From positions 2,425-66,424 of the forward strand of contig CAYVMD010000006.1 of NCBI GenBank assembly GCA_964452465.1: DNA of 64,000 bases, in the 5' to 3' direction. The translations under genes and the position numbers were made by a program. This DNA is from an uncultured bacterium. GTDB lineage: Bacteria; Armatimonadota; JACIXR01. The notes beneath the pieces are model-generated. The model was not told where the DNA came from and searched no databases. It saw only the letters and a list, made by a program, of their open reading frames with translations. Shown here one piece after another: positions 32,222 to 41,284 of this stretch; position 1 is the first letter of the stretch, and the number at the start of each line of letters is the position of its first letter.

Positions 32222-32245
32222 GGGGGGAGGCGAAAGCCTCCCCCC
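32222..32245 (+). terminator. GC-rich stem-loop 3' of DUF1559 paralog 2 (same hairpin as at 13919-13942)
   Basis: ggggggaggc-gaaa-gcctcccccc, 10 nt after the stop. Confidence 0.45.
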
Positions 32246-32381
32246 AATTTATAAAAAAGAAAATATATCTTAAAATGTAGCCCGCTGGAGGCTTTCCCAG
32301 CAGGGGGATAGAGGGATTTCCTTGACCTGGGTCTACTTTTCCTCTTAAATTCTTCGAAAATCCCTATAGGGAGGCGATTTT

Positions 32382-33362
32382 ATGCTTACTTCTGAGAAGG
32401 TCAAGGAATACGCTAAAAGACACGGAGCGGATATAGTGGGAGTGGGCTCCATGGATAGATTCGAGGGGGCGCCTAGAGAAATGGATCCAAGATATATCTT
32501 CCCCTCTGCGAAGGCGATCATTGGCTTCGGCTTCCGCATCCCCAGGGGTTGCTTTAGGGGAATAGAGGAGGGAACTTATTTCGCCGCTTATCCCTCTATG
32601 GGTTATTCCTTTATTAACCTGGTTTACGCCCCCATTGTGCTCTACGAAGTCTGCAAGATGCTCGAGGACGAAGGCTACGAGGCGACTCCCATCCAGAACA
32701 TGGTGATCGGCTCCTCGGTCGATATATTGAAGGGGCATAAAACTAATCTGAGCAGATCGGTTTCGCCCCACAAGCCTGCCCCCGATGTCCTTCTTCATTT
32801 TCGTATCTCCGCTGTTATCTGTGGGATGGGGGAGATCGGCTATAGCAAATTATTCCTCTCCCCTGAGTTCGGTCCTCGCCAGAGGCTGGCTTTCATCCTA
32901 ACCGATGCTCCCTTGGAGCCGGACCCCATCTTCGAGGGACAAATTTGCGATAAATGCATGAGGTGTGTAAGCGAGTGCTCGGGCAAGGCGATATCGGCTG
33001 CGGAAACGGTGAAGGTTAAAATCGCGGGGAGGGAATTCGAATGGGGGAAATTGGATGAGGAACGTTGTATGCTTGCTTATACGGGTGGTGCGAAAGAGAC
33101 CTCTCCTTTTCTTCCTCCCGATTATCCCTATGGGGATATCGAAAAGGTGGAAACAGGTGCAGGTTATGCCAATCCCGCCTTTCGGGAACTATGCAAAATA
33201 CCCTATAATGCTTCCTCCCTCAGCGTATTTCATCATCTTGGTGCTATAGAGGGGGCAAGGGGATGCATCCGTGCTTGTATGATGCACCTCGAGGAGACAG
33301 GCAGGATAAAGGCGAGGTTTAAGGAGCCTTTTAGAAAGAGTCGACCCTGGAGCCTCGTCTGA
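32382..33362 (+). CDS. Epoxyqueuosine reductase (QueG)-like Fe-S protein, divergent
   Basis: Own promoter TTGACC-17-TTAAAT and RBS AGGGAGG. DUF1730-like N-terminus, then CDKCMRCVSEC 4Fe-4S motif, aligning with B. subtilis QueG. The second ferredoxin motif is degenerate. Confidence 0.5.
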   Translation: MLTSEKVKEYAKRHGADIVGVGSMDRFEGAPREMDPRYIFPSAKAIIGFGFRIPRGCFRGIEEGTYFAAYPSMGYSFINLVYAPIVLYEVCKMLEDEGYEATPIQNMVIGSSVDILKGHKTNLSRSVSPHKPAPDVLLHFRISAVICGMGEIGYSKLFLSPEFGPRQRLAFILTDAPLEPDPIFEGQICDKCMRCVSECSGKAISAAETVKVKIAGREFEWGKLDEERCMLAYTGGAKETSPFLPPDYPYGDIEKVETGAGYANPAFRELCKIPYNASSLSVFHHLGAIEGARGCIRACMMHLEETGRIKARFKEPFRKSRPWSLV

Positions 33363-33399
33363 GTTATAATGGAGGAAATCTCCCCAAGGAGGGATCGTC

Positions 33400-34092
33400 A
33401 TGTCCGTGATACAGGAAGTAAAGCGAGTGTTCTACTTTAACCTATCCATGGGCTTCTGCCACGAAACCACCGCCACCGCAGCGGATGTAATCACCCGGTT
33501 AGGATGGCGTTCCCAGCCCCGTTTCATCACCACCGCCAGCGAGGACTGGAGGCTTATAACGCGGGATATTCTGAAGGATTACGATGCCCTCATTTTCTAC
33601 ACCACTGGCGAACTCCCCTTCACCGAGGAGCAGAAGAAGGCGCTCTTGGATTTCATCAAGGAAGGCAAGGGCTTCGTGGGGATCCATAGCGCGGTTGATA
33701 CCTTCTACCAGTGGTCGGAGTATGGGGAAATGATCGGTGGATACTTCAATGGGCACCCCTGGCATCAAAAGGTGAGGGTGATCGTTGAGGACAACACCCA
33801 TCCCGCTACAAGACATTTGGGGGGGACCTGGGAAGTGGTGGACGAGATATACCAGGTGAGGGATTGGTCGAGGGAGAAGGTGAAGGTACTAATGAGGTTG
33901 GATCCCGCCTCTGTGGATATCTCTAAGGGAGCAAGGGAAGATCAGGATTACGCCCTCGCTTGGTGCAAGACATACGGCAAAGGGCGAATCCTCTACACCG
34001 CCCTTGGACATCCCGTGGAACTTTGGTGGGATGAGAAGTTCCAACAGCATCTCCTCGGCGCCATCCTCTGGGCGATGGGGGTGCTCGAATAA
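33400..34092 (+). CDS. ThuA-like (trehalose utilisation) class-I glutamine amidotransferase-like protein
   Basis: [29 protein letters not shown]...[14 protein letters not shown] matches the ThuA family pattern. Confidence 0.7.
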   Translation: MSVIQEVKRVFYFNLSMGFCHETTATAADVITRLGWRSQPRFITTASEDWRLITRDILKDYDALIFYTTGELPFTEEQKKALLDFIKEGKGFVGIHSAVDTFYQWSEYGEMIGGYFNGHPWHQKVRVIVEDNTHPATRHLGGTWEVVDEIYQVRDWSREKVKVLMRLDPASVDISKGAREDQDYALAWCKTYGKGRILYTALGHPVELWWDEKFQQHLLGAILWAMGVLE

Positions 34093-34799
34093 TTAGGAAG
34101 GGCGGTTTCACCCTCTTAGAATTATTGGTCGTTATAGCTATTATCAGCATCCTTGCTTCCATCTTGTTTCCCATATTCAGCGAGGCAAGAGAGAGGGCAC
34201 GGCAATCGGTTTGCCTGAGCAACCTCAAGCAACTTTACCTCGCTTTTTCCATGTATCTACAGGATTACGACGAGTTCTTTCCCTGCAATAGCGATCCTTT
34301 CCTTTGGATGGGGAGAAACTGGCGACCGTTAATTTCCCCCTACATCAGGGGTATAAGGATCAAAAGTAACCCTTACGGCTACAAGGCGCCCATTCAAACC
34401 GAGCATTCCGATGTCTTCCTTTGTCCTTCCGATGTCCAGGCACCCGCGAAATGGGAGAGGACTTCCTATGGCTATTCCTTAGCCTTCTACCATTCTAAAT
34501 GGCAGGTGAATTCCATGAAGCAATGGACGGATGCGTTGAGGAGCGATATACCATCCATTCCTCAAACCCTCTCTTCCGTCCTTTACCCAGATAAAAAGGC
34601 TCTCCTGGGGGAATGGCTTTCCAATCATGAAAGGATAAAAGACGATAAAGGTTGGTGGTGTTATGAGGGAGCAAGGAATTTCCTCTTCGTGGATGGACAC
34701 TGCAAGTTCCTGCGGGCGAGCGAGCTTAGGCTTGCCAACGATGGCTATCCCGACATAAACCTTACCATTGATGGCATAGAGGGAAAAGATATAGAATGA
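34089..34799 (+). CDS. Prepilin-type DUF1559 (H-X9-DG) protein, paralog 3, with non-canonical ATA at the expected start (possible pseudogene)
   Basis: The frame is open from 34035 and reads IIRKGG|[24 protein letters not shown]. The ATG aligned with paralogs 1 and 2 is ATA at 34089-34091, overlapping the thuA stop (ATAA rather than ATGA). SD GGGGGTG is intact. C-terminal FVDGHCKFL motif. The ORF-track start is an internal TTG at 34125. Confidence 0.55.
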   Translation: MIRKGGFTLLELLVVIAIISILASILFPIFSEARERARQSVCLSNLKQLYLAFSMYLQDYDEFFPCNSDPFLWMGRNWRPLISPYIRGIRIKSNPYGYKAPIQTEHSDVFLCPSDVQAPAKWERTSYGYSLAFYHSKWQVNSMKQWTDALRSDIPSIPQTLSSVLYPDKKALLGEWLSNHERIKDDKGWWCYEGARNFLFVDGHCKFLRASELRLANDGYPDINLTIDGIEGKDIE

Positions 34800-34815
34800 A
34801 AGGACGGGTGATTAG

Positions 34816-37800
34816 ATGATGAGGAAGATCTTCTTTGTCTGCGTGGTTTTAACCGCTTTGTCCTTCGTTTGGTCACAGCCCGCTTGGCATCAACTTTACC
34901 TGGATGGGGGAGGTTATTGGAAGGGGAGGATTCGCTTAGAAGTGGAGAATCCAACCTCCCAGGATGTTAAGGGGGAGACGATCCGGATTAAGGTGGGAGC
35001 AAATCCCGAAGAATTGAATTTGGTGGGAGAGGAAGCCAAGGGTCTGCGTGTCTGCGATGAAGAAGGAAGGGAACTCCTCTTCGACATACTCTCCTCTGCT
35101 GGGGGTTGTAAGCGTTCGGGGAAATTGACCAAGGGGGATATGCTTCTTCTGCCCGTGGAGGTGAAGACAGGGGAGAAGAAGGGATATTTCGTCTACTACG
35201 GCAACGAAGATGCCTGGGGAGTGCCTGATTTTTGGAGGGGTGGGTTATACAACGGGGGATTTGAGATAGGGAAGGATTCTCCCGAGGATTGGTCGGCGGT
35301 GGAAACGGATGCCTACCACCAGGTTTTCTGGGTTAAGGAGAATCCCCATTCAGGGAGATATTGTGCGAAGACGGTCGTTAGGATGGGTGCTTCCCCATCT
35401 TGGGTGAAGTACCATCAGACGAACATCCCTATCGTGGAGGGCAGAAGGTATATCCTACGCGCCTGGGTGAAAGCGAAGGATGTAAAGGGGATGGCGGGAT
35501 GGTTCATACATGTTTTCGGCAATAAGGGATGGCTTATCAACCAGGTTTTGAATGCTGGTGAGGGAACTTACGATTGGAGGGAGATAACCTATGAATTCGT
35601 TGCCCCCGAAAGCGCTACCAACGCCACTATCGGTACCGTGCTTTACGGCACGGGCACCGCTTGGTTCGATGATGTCTCCCTCCAACCCGCTGAGCCGATG
35701 GAAAACCTACTGCGGATTTCCATCGGTGGGAGGGAGGAAATGAGGCTAAGGGAGATAAGGGGCGGGGACAGAGAAAACAGGGCAAGTTTCTTCCAGGAGA
35801 TAAAGGTGCGTAACTTCTCCAATTCCCCTAAGGGGGGAGTTCTTATCTCCTTGGAGTTGAACCGCTTGCGCCGATACATCCCCTCCCTTAAATTCCGCAT
35901 CCTCGATCCCGAGACGAAGAAAACCTGTCCCTATATCAAATTCGAGGATATCCTTCTCTTCATCACCTCTCTTCCTCCCAAGAGCGAGAAGGTCTTCCTC
36001 CTCTATCCCGACGAGAAGGGCGAGGAGATGGACCTTCAGCAGTTGATAACCAGCAAGGTCAACCTGGTGAAAAATCCCTCCTTTGAGGAAGAGGACGAGA
36101 ATCACCTCCCTGCCTATTGGCAAGGTGGATTTGAGATGGAGAAAAGGGAGGGGAGAGCGGTGATCGTTTCCTCCCTGCGGGAGGGAAATGTCGTCCTCGG
36201 CATCCCCTCCCTCGATAGTAGGGACCCTGCGCTTGGGAATAAATGCGCCCGTTTAGAGATCCCCGAGGGTGCTCCCCTTCGCTGGGTAGGTTGGCATCAG
36301 GAGATCCCGGCTAACCCCAATACCACCCATCTTTATCTTGGTTTCCTCAAAACGGAAAACCTCAAGGGGGAGGTCGTCCTCTACGGACACTTTCACGACA
36401 AGGAGGGCAAGCTCTGCCAGGGAGCGCAGTATTTCCAAACCGCTCCTGCCTTATCCGGCACTCGCCCTTGGACGCTCACCTATTCCCTCCTCCAGACTCC
36501 CTATGATTGTGCCTCCGTGGAGCTCCATTTAACGGTGAACGCCCATGGCATCGTCTATCACGATGGCATATTCTTTGCTGAGGTGGAGAAAGGGATATGG
36601 GGCAAAGCATATGCTCCTCCCTCTAAAGAAATGCTCAATGTCTGGCAGGTTGATCCCTTGATCAAGGTTTTCCAGGACGATGTGCCCGGACCCGCCCCTA
36701 AGGAGATAAGGTTATATTGCGCCATTAACGAGAGAGAATCCCTTCAGTTGGCGTTCCGAAGCGAGAAGGGGCTCAAGGGGGTAAGGATATCGGTGAGAAA
36801 GCCAATGAATAAAGCGGGGCAAACCCTCCCCGATGTTAAAGTTAACCTTGTGGGCTATGTGCCCATAGATGTTCCCTCTGCTTATTATTCCTCTCCCGCT
36901 CAAGCGCCCTGGTATAGGTTGGTGCCCAAGGGGACGCCGGGAAGCGATGGCTGGGCAGGCTACTGGCCTGATCCTCTTCTCCCTAACAAGCCCTTCGACC
37001 TACAAGCTCAAACCACTCAGCCCATTTGGCTGACGGTCCAGGTTCCTCCCAATGCCTCTCCTGGCGAATACAAGTCCCTCATCACTATCCAGGGGGAAAA
37101 TGCCCAAATAAGCATACCCCTCACTATAAAGGTGTGGGGCTTCTCCCTTCCGAAGAGCCCTTCCCTCAAGGTCATATTCGATTTCCACTCTGATGCTGGC
37201 TTGGATTTGAAGAGTTGGTATAGGTTCTATGCGGAGCATCGTATCTCTCCCAATACGATTCGCCCTGAGCCCACGATAGATTATAAGGATGGGCAGGTGA
37301 GCCTTAATACATCGGGCTTCGATGAGATGGCGCATTATTGCCTCGATGACTTGGGGATGAGCGTCGTTTATCTCCCCGGCTTTTTCTACATGATGGGGTG
37401 GGGCTTTTCGCCAAAGCAGATGTTTGGCTACGAGGCATTTACTCCCGAGTTTAATCTTGCCTTTTCCCAATGCTACCGTGCCTTCCTCAACCATTTAAAG
37501 GAGAAGGGATGGAAGGACAAGTTCGTCTATTATGTTGCGGATGAACCCCACTACTGGTTTCCCAAGGTCGGGGAAAATATGGAGAAGATGTGCGATCTCA
37601 TCCATTCAGTATCCCGAGACATACCCATCTACTCCAGCGTTTGGAATTATGTGGGGGATTGGGTAGGATATCTCGATATATGGGGAGTGGGACCGCACGG
37701 CTCCTGCCCCGTGGACAAGATGGAGGAGTTGAAAAGGAGCGGGGCAAAGCTCTGGTTCACCACCGATGGACATATGTGCATAGATACCCCTTATCTGGCG

Positions 37801-38289
37801 ATCGAGAGGCTCCTGCCCTATCTCTGCTGGAAGTACGGGGTGGAAGGCTACGAATTCTGGGGGCTCAATTGGTGGACATATAATCCCTATGAGAAGGGAT
37901 GGCATGCTTTCCTTCCCCATACCTTCACCGAGGGAGGGGAGGCTACGATGATAAGATATCCCAATGGCGATGGTTTCCTTTCCTACCCGCCGGTGGATAA
38001 GAATTACAAGGAGCCAGTGTCCACCATTCGCCTGGAGCAAGTAAGGGAGGGCATAGAGGATTACGAGTATCTCGTTCTTTTGGATAGGTTGGTGGCGGAG
38101 GCAAGAGGAAAGGGAATGGATGTCTCTCGGGCAAGCAGGATTTTGGAAAGGGCAAGGGCGCTCGTCTTCATTCCCAACAAGGGAGGCTTGAGATCCCTTT
38201 CCCTGCTCCCTCGTCCCTCGGAGGTTGCAGAAATACGAAGGGCAATGGGAGAGGAGATAGAGAGGCTCCTTAGAGAAAGAAAGGAATAG
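34816..38289 (+). CDS. Large secreted protein with two CBM4/9-like carbohydrate-binding modules and a C-terminal DUF4091-like glycoside-hydrolase-like domain
   Basis: Signal peptide. Two jelly-roll segments (GGLYNGGFEIG...WSAVE... and NLVKNPSFEEED...YWQGGFEME...). C-terminal YYVADEPHYWFP...IWGVGPHG resembles DUF4091. Confidence 0.5.
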   Translation: MMRKIFFVCVVLTALSFVWSQPAWHQLYLDGGGYWKGRIRLEVENPTSQDVKGETIRIKVGANPEELNLVGEEAKGLRVCDEEGRELLFDILSSAGGCKRSGKLTKGDMLLLPVEVKTGEKKGYFVYYGNEDAWGVPDFWRGGLYNGGFEIGKDSPEDWSAVETDAYHQVFWVKENPHSGRYCAKTVVRMGASPSWVKYHQTNIPIVEGRRYILRAWVKAKDVKGMAGWFIHVFGNKGWLINQVLNAGEGTYDWREITYEFVAPESATNATIGTVLYGTGTAWFDDVSLQPAEPMENLLRISIGGREEMRLREIRGGDRENRASFFQEIKVRNFSNSPKGGVLISLELNRLRRYIPSLKFRILDPETKKTCPYIKFEDILLFITSLPPKSEKVFLLYPDEKGEEMDLQQLITSKVNLVKNPSFEEEDENHLPAYWQGGFEMEKREGRAVIVSSLREGNVVLGIPSLDSRDPALGNKCARLEIPEGAPLRWVGWHQEIPANPNTTHLYLGFLKTENLKGEVVLYGHFHDKEGKLCQGAQYFQTAPALSGTRPWTLTYSLLQTPYDCASVELHLTVNAHGIVYHDGIFFAEVEKGIWGKAYAPPSKEMLNVWQVDPLIKVFQDDVPGPAPKEIRLYCAINERESLQLAFRSEKGLKGVRISVRKPMNKAGQTLPDVKVNLVGYVPIDVPSAYYSSPAQAPWYRLVPKGTPGSDGWAGYWPDPLLPNKPFDLQAQTTQPIWLTVQVPPNASPGEYKSLITIQGENAQISIPLTIKVWGFSLPKSPSLKVIFDFHSDAGLDLKSWYRFYAEHRISPNTIRPEPTIDYKDGQVSLNTSGFDEMAHYCLDDLGMSVVYLPGFFYMMGWGFSPKQMFGYEAFTPEFNLAFSQCYRAFLNHLKEKGWKDKFVYYVADEPHYWFPKVGENMEKMCDLIHSVSRDIPIYSSVWNYVGDWVGYLDIWGVGPHGSCPVDKMEELKRSGAKLWFTTDGHMCIDTPYLAIERLLPYLCWKYGVEGYEFWGLNWWTYNPYEKGWHAFLPHTFTEGGEATMIRYPNGDGFLSYPPVDKNYKEPVSTIRLEQVREGIEDYEYLVLLDRLVAEARGKGMDVSRASRILERARALVFIPNKGGLRSLSLLPRPSEVAEIRRAMGEEIERLLRERKE

Positions 38290-38315
38290 TTCCTCCGCTC
38301 CGGTTCGGGATCCCC

Positions 38316-39380
38316 TTAGGGGAAAAGGGCGTTTACCCTTTCCCAAAGTAGATTTTCGTTCTTTATGCGGAAGGAGGAACGAAGGACAAGCAAGGGCAAT
38401 GGGGAGGTCCTACTACCCAAGAGCCTTCCCATCTTCACCCCGTCCTTAGGCGTCATCACCACCGCCTCACAGCCTTTTCCCTCAGCCTCTTTTAGAATTT
38501 CCTCTAAATCCTGTTCTTTATAAAGATAATGATCGGGATAGGAACGAAACACAACCTCCCCACTCAATTTTTCCAAGGTCCTCCTAAAGCCCTCGGGATT
38601 CCCTATCCCCGCTACCCCCATAACTTTTCTTCCCCATAAGTAATCTAAGCCTATCTCCTTCCCTTCTATTATGTCCTCTAACCGATCCGGCTCGTAATCC
38701 GCCTCCAATACCAGTGCTTTTTTGTTATATCGATATATCATCTCCTTTATCCCTTTCTTGTCCTTCGCTAAACCCGCATTGCTCAGGATTATCACATCCC
38801 CCCTCGCCAAGCCCTTCAGGCTTTCTCTTAAAGCCCCGCGAGGGAATAGCCTTCCATAGCCAAAGGGATTCAGGGCGTTTAACAACACGATCTCCAGATC
38901 CTTTTCCACCCGGAAGTATTGCAGGGCGTCATCGAGCACCACCACCGCCGCTCCTTCCTCCACCGCCTGCTCGATGGATTTTATTCGGTCCCTTCCTATC
39001 CACACGCTGATGCCCGGGAGGGAATTCGTTATGAGAAAAGCCTCATCCCCTATCTCTTCTATGCTCCTTCCCTCTGCTTTTCCTGCTTTTCCTCTTCCTC
39101 CATAGCCGGTGCAAATGACAGCCACCCTATATCCCTTCCCTTTGAGGGATCTCGCCAATTCGATGGTTAGAGGCGTCTTTCCCGTACCTCCTAAGGTTAT
39201 GTTCCCTACCCCGATCACTTTACAAGGAGGTCTTAGCTTCCTTCTTTCTTGAAGGGCTCGGAAGATGAGAAAGCCAAGGGCATAAAGCGGGGTCAATAGG
39301 CAAAGGAAAAATCTTAGAAGGGCTAAAAAGGTGCCTCTTTCCCCGCTGATCGCTCTTCTCCAGGTTTCTTCCCAACCCAT
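38316..39380 (-). CDS. lpxK: Tetraacyldisaccharide 4'-kinase
   Basis: N-terminal TM segment. P-loop VIGVGNITLGGTGKTP. ATG at 39380 lies 2 nt after the waaA stop. Confidence 0.85.
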   Translation of the reverse strand: MGWEETWRRAISGERGTFLALLRFFLCLLTPLYALGFLIFRALQERRKLRPPCKVIGVGNITLGGTGKTPLTIELARSLKGKGYRVAVICTGYGGRGKAGKAEGRSIEEIGDEAFLITNSLPGISVWIGRDRIKSIEQAVEEGAAVVVLDDALQYFRVEKDLEIVLLNALNPFGYGRLFPRGALRESLKGLARGDVIILSNAGLAKDKKGIKEMIYRYNKKALVLEADYEPDRLEDIIEGKEIGLDYLWGRKVMGVAGIGNPEGFRRTLEKLSGEVVFRSYPDHYLYKEQDLEEILKEAEGKGCEAVVMTPKDGVKMGRLLGSRTSPLPLLVLRSSFRIKNENLLWERVNALFP

Positions 39381-39382
39381 CT

Positions 39383-41284
39383 TCAAGTCCCTTTGCTCGC
39401 TAACTCCGCGATTGCCTGGGCATACGCTTTGGAAGCACCCTGCATAGTTTCTATCAACCTCTCCGCGCTCTTTGCTATCTCCTTTCTCAGAGAAGCTTCC
39501 CCCAGGAGCGCTTTCACCTTCTCGCTTAACTCTTTGCTATTCCTAACTTCTATACCAACCTCTGCCTGCTTCGCTAAATCCGTTATATCTCGGAAATTGT
39601 GCATATAAGGACCGAAGAGGACCGGCTTCCCCCAGGCTAAGGGTTCCAGGATATTGTGTCCTCCCTTGGGCACTAAACTTCCTCCCACGAATGCAACCGT
39701 GCACAATCCGTAGAGGGTGAACAGCTCCCCTACGGTATCTATGAGGATGACGGCGTTTTTATCCAGGGCCTCCAGAGGCAGTCTGCTTCTTTTAACATAG
39801 GTGAAGCCTCGCTTGGAAAGGAGGCTCTCCACTTCCTCCATTCTCTCGGGATGACGAGGCGCGAGGATCAGCCTTAAATGGGGGAAGGAAAGGCGAGCAT
39901 TCCAATAGGCATCGAGGACCATTTCTTCTTCTCCGGGGTGGGTGCTTCCGGCGACGAGGATTTCCTCGTCCTCCTCTATTTTAAGTAGGTTCTTTAGGTT
40001 TTCCAATTTCGAAAGGTCCTTGCTAAGGGCAACTTGGTCGAACTTACTGTTCCCCACCACTTTTACATTCCTGCCTCCGCTTTGGAACGCCCGCTTGGCG
40101 TCCCGTTCCGACTGCATAAAAAGGGTCATCTGTTCCAAAAGCGGGGCAAAGAAGAACTTGAGGGCGCGCATCTTCACCAAACTATCATCCGATATCCTAC
40201 CGTTTACCAAAAGCAAGGGGATGTTAAGGAGCCTCGCCCAGAAGATGAGGTTGGGCCAGACCTCGGTCTCCACCAGCGCTATCACCCGGGGCTTCAACCT
40301 TCTTAGAGCTATAAGGGGGCAGGGAAATATATCGAGGGGGAAATAGAAAAGTTTGGCGAGGTCGCGAAGATGCCTTTTTGCGGTTTCCATCCCCGTGGTG
40401 GTCGTTACGGAAAGGTAGATTTCTTTCTCCTCCACCAATCGCTTTAGGTTTTCCACTATTGGCTTGGCTGCCATGGTCTCCCCCACGGAAACGGCGTGCA
40501 CCCAGATGGCCCCTTCTCCCCTGGGAGCCAGCCCCATTTTCTCCTTCCATCCCCTCAATTTCTTCCCCCCAAACTGGCGGAGGAAAAACCAACCCAATAT
40601 GAAGGGCAAAAGAAGGAAGATGGCTATGTTGTAAAGAAGGATGGGGATAAGCAACCTCCAACGAGAGGGGCGCGGGTCTTCTATGAGGAGCTTCTTTGCT
40701 TTTTCCTCTTCCCTATCCAATGCCTGCTTCACCGAATTTAGATCTCCTTGGGGATAGAAAGGTTTTCCGAAGGAGACGATGATTTTGGAAAAGGGGAGGG
40801 GGAGAAGATGCCTATCCCAAGTGGGAAGCCTAAGGGCAGGGCTTATCGCTACTCCCACCGGTATGATGGGGGTATCCCTATCGGTGAGGAGGAGGATGCC
40901 CTTCTTGGGGATGCGAGGCGGACCGAGGGGACCGTCCGGCGTTATCCCCAGGATCTCCCCCTGGGCAAGGGCTTGCTTGGCTTGGCGGAAGGCGGAGATC
41001 CCGCCTCGCCTGCTCGAGCCCAGGATAACCTTGCAGCCCGAAAGGGTGAGGAATTTCCCCAGAAGCCTTCCATCGGCGGAAGGGGAAACTATGCAGAGCA
41101 GTTTCCTCTTCCTTAGCAGGAAAACGGGGATGGAGAAGAGGCTATGCCAAGAGGCAAGTATGCTTCTCCTTTTAATCCTTTCCATTCCCAGGATATTTAA
41201 TCGAGAGGTAGCTAGGACGAGGTGGAAATAAAGCCAGGCGATATAAGGGGCTAAGGATGCCAAGTATTTAAGAAACCTTCTCAT
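39383..41284 (-). CDS. waaA: DUF374 (lysophospholipid acyltransferase-like) domain fused to 3-deoxy-D-manno-octulosonic acid transferase
   Basis: A DUF374-like segment of about 230 aa precedes the WaaA glycosyltransferase (IWVHAVSVGETMAAKPIVENL, GT30 C-terminus). RBS GGGAAGAGG. Confidence 0.8.
   Translation of the reverse strand: MRRFLKYLASLAPYIAWLYFHLVLATSRLNILGMERIKRRSILASWHSLFSIPVFLLRKRKLLCIVSPSADGRLLGKFLTLSGCKVILGSSRRGGISAFRQAKQALAQGEILGITPDGPLGPPRIPKKGILLLTDRDTPIIPVGVAISPALRLPTWDRHLLPLPFSKIIVSFGKPFYPQGDLNSVKQALDREEEKAKKLLIEDPRPSRWRLLIPILLYNIAIFLLLPFILGWFFLRQFGGKKLRGWKEKMGLAPRGEGAIWVHAVSVGETMAAKPIVENLKRLVEEKEIYLSVTTTTGMETAKRHLRDLAKLFYFPLDIFPCPLIALRRLKPRVIALVETEVWPNLIFWARLLNIPLLLVNGRISDDSLVKMRALKFFFAPLLEQMTLFMQSERDAKRAFQSGGRNVKVVGNSKFDQVALSKDLSKLENLKNLLKIEEDEEILVAGSTHPGEEEMVLDAYWNARLSFPHLRLILAPRHPERMEEVESLLSKRGFTYVKRSRLPLEALDKNAVILIDTVGELFTLYGLCTVAFVGGSLVPKGGHNILEPLAWGKPVLFGPYMHNFRDITDLAKQAEVGIEVRNSKELSEKVKALLGEASLRKEIAKSAERLIETMQGASKAYAQAIAELASKGT

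Noticed and set aside
34090-34127. Possible programmed frameshift or readthrough fusing thuA to DUF1559 paralog 3
   Set aside because: ThuA ends at a clean TAA. The two frames differ by +2/-1 with no slippery heptamer. The pilin leader and cleavage site are intact in its own frame, and the ATG-to-ATA point-change explanation is simpler.
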